Positions 48,962 through 59,098 of a stretch of 59,098 nt of DNA are shown one piece after another. Each line of letters opens with the position of its first letter. The first letter of the stretch is position 1. The translations under genes and the position numbers were made by a program. The notes beneath the pieces were generated by a model. The model worked only from the letters and a program-made list of their open reading frames with translations, ran no database searches and was not told the origin of the DNA. This DNA comes from Octopus bimaculoides (taxonomy: Eukaryota), in contig NC_068983.1 of assembly GCF_001194135.2 (NCBI RefSeq), positions 85,768,081 to 85,827,178 of the forward strand. Direction: 5' to 3'.

Positions 48962-51900
48962 ATACATACATATACACACCAAGAACTCTCTCTCCCCCAC
49001 TTCTCACTCATACTGGTTTGCCATGGATTGATCAATCCATAATAAGAAAGAAATAAATGTCATAAACCTGATGAAGATGAATGACACTGTAATGAAATAT
49101 ATAAACTGATGGTACAAAATACAGAAACAGAGTGTTTCACAAATGAATAGCTCTCCAAATGCTGATTAATCAATCAATCATGGAATAAGAATGGTATGCT
49201 AGGTTGAGTGAGTAATATGCCCTACGGGGGTTTTTAGTTGGAGGTTAGACATTTGTTTTTACTGTGTAGATAATAATTATAGGTTTGTTTCCACTATATA
49301 GTCACTTTGAAGACACAAAAAAAAAAAATCATTACGAGAAGAAAATCAAATCTATATATTACTCTATGTATTGTTTTAAGAGAATCTGTTCAACTATGTA
49401 CGTTGCTGTAAAGCAACGAAAATACATCATTTGACTTTGGAAAGTGAAATCTAGTAATAATCTCAGAGCTTATATTGGTGTTGTATTGATGTAACTAACT
49501 TTCAGACCAGCGGAAGACTGACCAACTGGTCTCAGTTTGACTTGCTATTGGATTTAATCTTTGGTTCTCATTATAGGCTGCATGTGATGGCTGCTGTCCA
49601 ACAGTCTATTCTAGGTTGAACTTATCGAACAAGAGCATCCCCACCCCACCCCATATGGATATTTTACTCAATTGCAAGGAGATTGATTAAGAAAATCTCT
49701 TCCTGCCCTTCCTTCTACCACAACATGGAAAACACACACACACACACACACTGCCTCCTAGCCAACTGCATTGCATGTTGTCTACACTGTCTACTTAGCT
49801 GTCCTAAACTAGCAGACTGACACTGACTTTCCATTAAGTATTTGTTACTTTATTGTGACACCATTTTCAAAATATAAGCTCAGGGGCTGAATTTCACAGT
49901 GACACTAAACAGATAGATATCAATTCATCAGCATCATCATTTTACTGTTCATGGAATTTGTTGAGGCAGATTTTCTATGACCAGATGCCCTTTCTGTTGC
50001 CAACCCTGTTTCCAAGTAAGGTAATATTTCCCGATAACCAGACATATTTTCACAGAACATTGAACAAGAAGGACACTGTGTGCATTATGATGACACTCAT
50101 TCACAACTATCACATGATATCAAAGCAAGGAGACAGTAACGCACTCACGTACACACACACACATATGGCAGAGCTCTTTCAATTTCTGTCTACCAAATCC
50201 TCTCATAAGTCTTTGGCTGGCCTGGGTTCCGTAGTAGAAGTTTCCACACAGTGGGACTGTAACCAAAACCATGTGATTGTGAAGCAGACATCCTACCACA
50301 TAGCTATATACATATTTATACATAACACACAGTGTATTGGTACTCTAGTAATATATATAAAACATACAAATGTACATTTTGAGATAGGAAGGTGCTCATA
50401 GGAGAGAAAGTGGCAATGTTGGATTGAAGGATGTAAGTACCTCACACACAGGATTCAGGAAAATAGCAATATACTGTACTGCAAACCTGTTCAACTCATA
50501 CAAAAAAAATCCATTGGTGATGGTAATGATATTATACTTATTAGTAGTACTACTTGACCTACATCAAAGCACATGATTGAACTACATGAAACTATAAAGA
50601 AATTCAACAGTTCAAAACAGTTATTTTGTTTTGTCAATAATTTGGAGGTTATAAACCCATTACAGTATTTTAACCATTATGCATTTTAACCATACAAACA
50701 TATATTCCCATATATTTATATGTCAAGTCCATTTATGTGTCTAAATGTATTTATCTGGTTCCAGAAATCTTTTATCCTTTACTTATTTCAGTTGTTGGAC
50801 TGTGACCATGCTGGGGCATGGCCTTCAATGGTTTGATCAAACAAATTGACTTATTTTTTAAGTCTGGTACCTATTCTATCAATGCCTTTTGCCAAACCAC
50901 TAAGTTATGGGAATGTAAACAAACCAACACCAGTTGATAAGTTATGGAGGACAAACACAAACATAAAGATGTGCGCACACACACACACATATATAGGTTT
51001 GGTGATGCAGGGTTTGATAAGTGCAAACACACGAAACTCTTGGTCCTTGAGTCACTCTATTGCTTCTGCTAAATATTAATATGGCAGGCTTCCACACAAT
51101 TTCCATCTACCAAATTCATTTATAAGGTATTGGTTGGTCCAGGGATACAGTAGAAGACACTTGCTAAAGATTCTGCATGGTGGGACTGAACCTGAAACCA
51201 TATGGTTGTCAAGTGAGCTTCTGAACCACACAGTCATGCCAAGCCAGTGTATATTCTTTTTTCCTGAGAACCACCCTTCCTCCACCTCTGTTCACTGACA
51301 GCATTCTTCCTTCCCTCCATCTCCCACTCTCTTTTTGCACTCTTGCAAACTTATCTGCCCACACACCCTGTTACTTATATACACCTCCTTCTACCTTAAA
51401 GGTGCATACCATCTTATCTTCATGATCTCTCTCTCGCTCTCCTTTTCAACCCGAGTTAGTCATGTTATCGCTTCTACTGCAAGACACCTATTTCTGTCCT
51501 TCTATCATACTTTAACCGTTCAATATCTGGCACAAAGTCACCTCCCCCAATACTACTCTCCACTCAGTTGAGAGGTCTAGCCTTGAAAGTTATTTGGTGA
51601 CCTCACTGGTGCTATATAAAAAGTGCCCTGTACACTCAGTAAAACAGTTAGCATTAGGAAGGATATTCACAGCTACAGAAACTATGCCAAAGCAGACAGC
51701 AGAATTTGATGCAGTCCTCTGGTTTGCCAGCTTCTGTTAAACTGTCTAACCCATGCCAGCATGGAAAGCAGATGTTAAATGGTGATGATGATAATAATGA
51801 TATATAGACAGGCTTCTTTCCATCAACAGATGGAAAAGAGTTTCAACAGATGGTCTCCCAGTTAATAATGCAATGTTTTAATCAAAAAGCTATTGATATT

Positions 51901-52303
51901 TTAACTTAACAGTTCAAAATCAAACAGTTTCAGCTTTTGTTCGGAGACAAACAATGGAACATAATACATGGCTTTAGATACTGAGTGTTTTATTTCATTA
52001 AAAATGTTAACTGAACTAGATAATGATTGTGAGGACATGTATGTATGGCTACATTTAGATATGCCTTATCTTACACTTGTTTTAAACGCTGATTTGGCAT
52101 TGAGCTATTAACTAAAAATACATATTGACAAATATTTATTTATACTGCACAATTAATAACAACAGAAAAACATATCAAGTGAATAAATTCAATGTCTACC
52201 ATGTTTTCAGTAGAAATTATTACTGTAAGTTTACTGTTTTGACATAAAATAATGAGATGCAGTGCAATTATATCAATGACCATGTCTAACAAATAATAAA
52301 TGT

Positions 52304-52928
52304 TTAACCCTTTAGCAATCAGATTGCTTTGTCAAATACATATTTATTCATATTGTTTTGAATCTGTCATACATTACTTTGTGGAGGCGCAATGGCCCAG
52401 TGGTCAGGGCAGTGGACTCGCGGTCATAGGATTGCGGTTTCGATTCTCAGACCGGGCGTTGTGAGTGTTTATTGAGCGAAAACACCTAAAAGCTCCACGA
52501 CGCTCCGGCAGAGGATGGTGGCGAATCCTGCTGTATTCTTTCATCACAACTTTCTCTCACTCTTACTTCCTATTTCTGTTGTGCCTGTAATTCAAAGGGC
52601 CAGCCTTGTCACACGGTGTCACGCTGAATATCCCTGAGAACTACAGTAAGGGTACACGTGTCTGTGGAGTGCTCAGCCATTTGCACGTTAATTTCACGAG
52701 CAGGCTGTTCCGTTGATCGGATCAACTGGAACCCTCGACGTCATAAGCAATGGAGTGCCAACACACACACACACATTACTTTGTAGCTTTGTCATTTCAA
52801 TGATGTGATGGTATATTTTTAGAATTACATTGTATGGTAAGTGGAGGAAGCCCGATCTGGTCAATTTGAACATAAGACGGGTAGAATATTTGGGCCTGAT
52901 TTGGCTTGTTTGAATATTAAAGGGTCAA
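52304..52928. mobile_element. PB-1 MITE (inverted) interrupted by SINE C
   Basis: ttaa|ccctttagcaatc ... aatattaaaggg|tcaa. Confidence 0.8.
52383..52772 (+). mobile_element. Full-length tRNA-derived SINE family C with a 12-bp TSD
   Basis: A box tggcccagtgg, B box ggtttcgattc, (AC)n tail. TSD acattactttgt at 52371-52382 and 52773-52784. Confidence 0.92.
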
Positions 52929-55409
52929 GTCAAGTTAAAAAGTCCTTGTGTTTTTTCTGAATGGCAAATATGTTTTGTACATTGCAAATGGATCATATCA
53001 CTTGCCTGCCAAGTATGCCTCTGAAAAACATGATTGTTTTTAACATAGCTACAAGGCTCGAAATTGGGGGGGGGGGACTAGTTAGTTATACAGATCCCAG
53101 TACTTGACTGCTACTTCATTTCATCAACCCCTTCATCAAAAATATGAACGATAAAGTCAACCTCAATGGGTCAACTCAGAACATAAAGAATTGGGACAAA
53201 TAAATACTGCAACGCATTTTGTCAGATACTCTAACAATTTCGACAACAACATTCAATTTCATTTTTGTACCCTGCCTCCTCACACCCACCCACAGATTCT
53301 TGATGTGAAATTCATTTACTGAAACTCATAAGTACTCTGGGAGGTTTTGAATTATTGACTAATTACTGAATCAAAAATTAATTAATTAATTAATTGACAA
53401 TAAAGAAGTAAACTGTAACTGGTACCTCTGTCTTTTTTATTGTTAGAATGACCGAAAGTAACCCCAAGTACAACAATAATATTCGTACTTAGGCACAAAG
53501 TTAGATATGTTTTGCTCGGAGAAGAGGAAGAGGTTGTACCTTTTACTATATTGGATTACAATACTAACTATGGGTCAGTGAGTAACCTTTTTTTGTGGTT
53601 ACTTAACCTGATAGAAATAGCAGCTAACTCATTCTCAAATTATACAACATCATCGTAAAAAAGGATACTGGATAATGTAATTCAAAAAGAGAAGAAAAAG
53701 AACAAACAAACAAACAAAAAAGAGGAAAAGAAAAGAAAATGGAGAAAACTAGAGCTGGTCAAGGTTGGAATACTTTTGTTCATTGGTCAGCTTGATCAGA
53801 GTTTAATGTGACTAAACAACAACAGTAATGACACTGACTAAACAGCTAAATGAGGGTATATTGTGTTACTGCACAGACCAACCCATTAATATGAAGAAAC
53901 ATGGTGTACTGTGTTACTACAATCCATTTGGTGTACTAGCTTTACCTCCCCCTCCTCCCCCTCTCTAATATATCTCATGCGCTAAATGCTATGCTGAATC
54001 CTCCTCTTCAGAACTGCAACTTGCACCTTGCAAGTTTTCCCTACAGGCATCATAGCAACATAATCAATCTCATTAGCCTAAGTGTACCAGCAAAAGTAGA
54101 TTTTCTCCACATGATAAAGAAAGAAAAACGGTTTAAACATTAATACAAACTACAGCCTATACTGTGTTACTATACATATTTAAATTACCAGCTTGTGGTC
54201 TGAGAGCTTAGGTTTGCTGAAGGTATTGTGTTGTATTTCCGAACTACTGTGATAGAGTGATTCATTCCATGACACTCAGTGCTAACTTTTGTAAACATAT
54301 GACAAGACCTTCTAGAAAAGTAACCTGCAATAGCACAATGTCTTATCCTACCTAGAGAGGATTTGTTCCTCTCTTCCTCTTAATACAACTGGGTAAAAGC
54401 ACTGGTCTTGTGAATCTCTGGAGTACATGAACAAAATTTAATCACAATTCTCATTTTGATGGCTCACTGTTTTAATAAAATGACAGATGACTGAAATGAC
54501 AAACAGCTGCTATAATAATCCTTACCATAGGGAAAAGGCCTGAAATTTTGGGGGAAGGGGCTAGTCGATTACATCAACCTCAGTGCTTAACTGTTACTTA
54601 TTTCAATGACCCCCCAAAAAATGAAAGATAAAGTCGACCTTGGTAAAATTTAAACTCAGAATGTAAAGACAGATGAAATGCCACTAAGCATTTTCCCTGG
54701 CATGCTAATGATTCTGTCAGCTTGCCACTTTAACAGCTGCTACAATAACAGAGGACTCTGATTAGAGGAATCGATTATGTATATGATAATTGTGTGATGG
54801 AGTGGTCTTTCATAACTTACTACTTGTGTCCATAGTCACTACACTTAATCCATCATGGCTCAGTCCAGTCAGTTGTATTTATGTATCATGAAAGAGTTTA
54901 CCAGTATAAATAGTAAGATAAACTAAGGTTTCTGTAGCTGGTACTACTGATTTAATTCTCTGTATGGTGTAAATGGATGCAGTTAAATGGATTTTCTGAT
55001 GACTAAAGACCTTATTCAGCACCATCAACAGTAGCAACTTGAGTAAATGCTAGAATTCCAAGAAATAATCAAGCTTTAATTACATGCAGGTAGGTGTATG
55101 TAGATAGAAAATATAGATGTTCAAATAAACATTGGAAAAATTTTTTTTTTTAAATGGGAGTAAGGGTTAAATGGAAAGAAGCAGTTCTGTACACATTTAG
55201 TAATGAATATGTAAAATGTGATAATGATCATAGTAAAAAATTCAAGTGAATATATTTGGAAGAAAAATACTTCAGTTATTCATAAATGTTTACTGCAAAA
55301 AGATTCACCTTACCACATAGTGACAGAAAATTCTACAGCCAGATAAGTTTTGTTAAAGTTTCTGCTGTAGAAGAAGAGTTTACATCATGAAAAAGTGAAA
55401 ATTCTATAA

Positions 55410-56750
55410 ATCAATGGTTCCTTACCCATTTTATTAAGAAAAGAAGCCAATAATATTGAACACTGAAGAGCCAAGTTTGGAGGCTGGTCACATTTTGGAA
55501 TGATCAAAATAAGTAGGAAGATGCAAAATATATAAATAGTGCACATTTTATTATTGATAGAGAGACAGAATTTAAATTGGATATGATATAAGGAAAACTA
55601 ATATAAATAATACAAGTTCCATTTCAAATAAAAAAAATATGATAGAAATTTAACGAGATGCTTGACACTGAATTTTCCAACAAGCTTGATAATGTTCACT
55701 CGTATATTAGTTGCAAAAAGGCTTAGAGTTTGATGTAGATGCTTGTCAATAAATCTTGATTTCACTAATTTAAGATTTGAAAATGTTTGCTCACAAATGT
55801 TAGTACTGCTAAAGATGGAAACCAATGCCAGTAGCAAATTATTTTAAAACCTGAATAAACTCTTCAGGCAGAGAAAATTTCACAAGATTCTTATCTTTAG
55901 AGTTATGGATTCAGTAAAATAACTTTGATAATTATTATACTGGTGTTTAGAATGTGAATTATAAAATTTTGATGGAAGGTTTTAATGTGGATCACTTTAA
56001 AACAGCAAGTTTGAATCATAAAAAGAAGGGCAGTCTCAGGCAGGTTGGTATCAAAAGGGGTTAAACTTGGACGTCAGTCCATTGCTGGTTTGAAAAATCA
56101 ATTACTTCCAATTGGCACTTTGAGTTTTTTCTGGATAAAAGGGATTCTAGAATAAGTGAATTTGTAAATGATGCTCATGAAAGTCTTCAAACCTACACAC
56201 ACCTACTCCTTCCCATCATTTATCCATGTTTCACTCTGGCATGGGGTGGATGGTTTGACAAGATCTGATGGGTCCAGAGCAGTTTGCTTTGGCGTAGTTT
56301 CTTTGGTTGGATGAACTTCCTAACACCAACTACTTTACAGCATGTACTGAGTGTTATTTTCTCACCATCAACACTAGTGAGACTGCCATGCAGTTTGCAA
56401 GAATCTCTTCATCAATTCCTTCCTTAAATAGTTTTAGTGCTTCACAGTCCATAAAGTTCAAGAAAATATTATGCTTCTTCATCAGTTCATTGTAAAAGAA
56501 GAACTATTAAAAATGTTTTTTCAACAAACTATTTTATAAAATAATCTTTCATACCTATATTAGAAGCCAGAGGTCAATATGCCTTGCGACCTCATGTCAT
56601 AAGTATTCAAATCGCCCATAATTTCAGCCAAGAAAATACAGTAAAAATTCCAGTTTTGATTGAAAAATGCATCCTGATGTTTCCCCTTTCCTGTCATAAA
56701 CATTTCTATTTTATTACAAAATGTAAAGAAATATTTCAACACTATCCCCT
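55410..56750 (-). mobile_element. Decayed hAT transposase (GTF2IRD2/SPIN-Buster-like) 3' half, interrupted by a PB-2 MITE and a SINE
   Basis: LKYFFTFCNKIEMFMTGKGK...W...FLAEIMGDLN...QG (56560-56742) and SIFSSTNICEQTFSNLKLVKS...LHQTL (hATC dimerisation domain, 55598-55837). TIR remnant caatggttcc at ~55412. Confidence 0.8.
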
Positions 56751-57810
56751 CTACTGATCTACCTCATTTCAGCACAAAACCATATATCATTATATTGTGT
56801 GTCTAAATCAGACAAAAATCCTTGAAACAGCATAATTAAATGCTTTGTTCTTGATAAAATTTACAGATGATACAACGCTTGTGACATCTTCACATTTAAT
56901 AACTTTACAACACAATATCTCCTGATGAATGATGATGCAGCGAATTTCAAAGACATTGCTCCATTACCATTAGACAAAATTCATGTTTTAGATTTTTTCA
57001 ATCAATCCAAATTTACTACCCACCTTCATTTTCTCTGTATTTCCCTGAATAACTACCACCATGGGCCCTTCTTACTACCACTTGTCATACTAGCCTCCAT
57101 TTCTCTTCCTAAGTAACTCAAATCTCAAACAATCATTTCTCACACCAATCACCTCTCTCACCACTCCAATGCTGGCAGGATGTTATTGATGGTATAATTA
57201 CTCTTTTGAAATCATGCTCAGTTACTGTCGTGCAATTAAGCTGACATTTCTGATGTGAGGGCCTCCTAATAAAAATGATAATTTAACCTCCCTAAATTGT
57301 TTTCAGTTCAAATTCCACTTTACCTTTTATCTTTCTGAGATCAATAAAATAAGTAGCGGGAAGGGGGTATAGTTAATTTAATTGATTCTTTGTTAGAAGG
57401 TGGTGCTCCAGTATGACCACATATCAATGACAAAACCATTAAAAATGTGTGTGCATGTGAGAAAGAGAGAGAAGGGGGGGGAGAAGGATTTATTACTGAT
57501 GTAAGAAAGCCAAATAATGAAGGGAGGGGATGACTGGTAATAAAACGAAACTCAAAATGAATCAGTGTGTACACATGCTTCTCATTTTTGTGCCCCTTTG
57601 TTCTAACATACACACCCTTTCCCTTGGAAATAGAGGGATTTTGAATGGTGCATAACCAGAAAACGGGGGAAAAATTCAAAGTGATGTTAACAGAAAAGAA
57701 TAGAGGTAAAAATTATACATAGTAATTTTCTGGAATTGCCTTCTTGTCTAGTCCTAAGTTTGTCATCCTATTCACCCAAATTATTGAAAATTTAAGAAAG
57801 AAAGAAAGAA

Positions 57811-57871
<61 letters not shown>

Positions 57872-58459
57872 ATCATATCGCAAAAGAAAACACAAAAGAT
57901 GTCTTTTTTTCAAATATGTATTGAAAATTCAAAACAAAACCAGGCAAAAAAAAAAAAAGAAAGAAAGAAAATTCTAATTAACTCATTCCTACTTAATAAT
58001 TGAATCTGCATGCACACACACAAAGAATTGCTTTTTAATAAATCCAATAATTCATTATAAATAATGAGTTATGAGATTTAGTAGCTGTAGGTGCATACTT
58101 CTCTATTTAATTAGCAATAAACCAAAGAAAATCTTTATTGATTAAATAATATACACACACACACACACACAAAATTACTCATACAAAGGAAAAGTCATTT
58201 AAATCTTTCATAAGGTTAGCAACAATATACATTACACACACACACACACATTATACATATGTATAATGTATATATATATATAACACACACACATATATAC
58301 AACAGGCTTCTTCTCAGTTTCCATCTACCAAATCCACTCACAAGGCTTTGGTCGGCCTGAGGCTATAGTAGAAGACACTTGCCCAAGGTGCCACGCAGTG
58401 GGACTGAACCTGGAACCAAGTGGTTGGTAAGCAAGCTACTTACCACACACCAACTCCTA

Positions 58460-58740
58460 TGCCTATATATATATATATATATATATATATAATGTAAATA
58501 TATATATTATATATATAACTATTATATATATAATATACATATATATATATCTATATAATATATATATATTATATATCTATATAATATATATATATTATAT
58601 ATAATATAAATATATATAATAATATATATAATATAATATATATAATTTAAATATATATAATATAATATATATAATATAAATATATATAATATAAATATAT
58701 ATAATATAATATATATATATATAAATTTAAATATTAAGGG
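58460..58740. repeat. Degenerate (TA)n / AT-only low-complexity tract
   Basis: About 280 bp almost entirely A/T, with TATATAATA variants. Confidence 0.9.
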
Positions 58741-58833
58741 TGATAAATTGAGTATTAATTTGATTAATATCAATTTAAAACCAGTGGCCTAACATATTGA
58801 AAAATCTGAAGATTCAGAAAAATTATAGTACAT

Positions 58834-59066
58834 ACATATAAGAAGGATGACCACTAAGTGGACATCCATTATGCTAGAAGAAGACCACCTATGGTCTGAC
58901 CACTAAGAAAAAACAGTTCTCAAGAAAATTCATCAAATGCCAGAACACTCGCTTACGTTCTGGCGTTTGCTGAATTTTCTCGAGAACAATCTTTTCTTAG
59001 TGGTCAGACCATAGGTGATCTTCTAGCATAATGGATGTCCACTTAGTGGTCATCCCTCTTATATGT
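58834..59066. mobile_element. Foldback (hairpin) MITE with ~110-bp arms and a 10-nt loop
   Basis: acatataagaaggatgaccactaagtgg...gccagaac [actcgcttac] gttctggc...ccacttagtggtcatccctcttatatgt, in TA-repeat flanks. A right-arm fragment is at ~4173-4237. Confidence 0.85.
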
Positions 59067-59098
59067 GTGTGTGTATATACTGCTTTTCCCCTTCCCAG

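Noticed and set aside
52383-52460. tRNA-like sequence with A and B boxes
   Set aside because: It is the head of a SINE (TSD, body and tail present); no proper acceptor stem.

Overview
AT-rich, gap-containing, repeat-dense animal genomic DNA. The SINE/RTE repertoire, the (TA)n arrays flanking N-gaps and the TTAGGG telomeric unit are most consistent with a mollusc, probably an octopus (inference). There are no prokaryote-style genes, rRNA, true tRNA or CRISPR arrays. Most ORFs in the supplied track are repeat or microsatellite artefacts. Most of the window is intron or intergenic space. It is filled with RTE-clade LINE copies (a 5'-truncated 3.3 kb copy at 5091-8402 and a nested cluster at 34477-37570), a CR1/Jockey-group RT fragment, several tRNA-derived SINE families, decayed mariner, maT and hAT transposases, and several MITE families. 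Among the repeats I could assemble small minus-strand exons with canonical GT-AG sites and compatible phases. (1) A chain from ~47.2 kb to 24.6 kb encodes a very divergent TIKI/TraB-GumN-family metalloprotease-like protein that seems to stop just before the family's C-terminal GAGH metal-binding motif. (2) The last 2-3 exons of a second, unidentified gene lie at 8.5, 3.1 and 1.1 kb. Other notable items are a duplicated, decayed plus-strand ORF of unknown family (18 kb and 28 kb), a MITE centred on a perfect telomeric-repeat palindrome, a minisatellite grown out of an RTE 3' UTR, and a head-to-tail SINE array. All protein-family comparisons are from memory of family motifs, not database searches.
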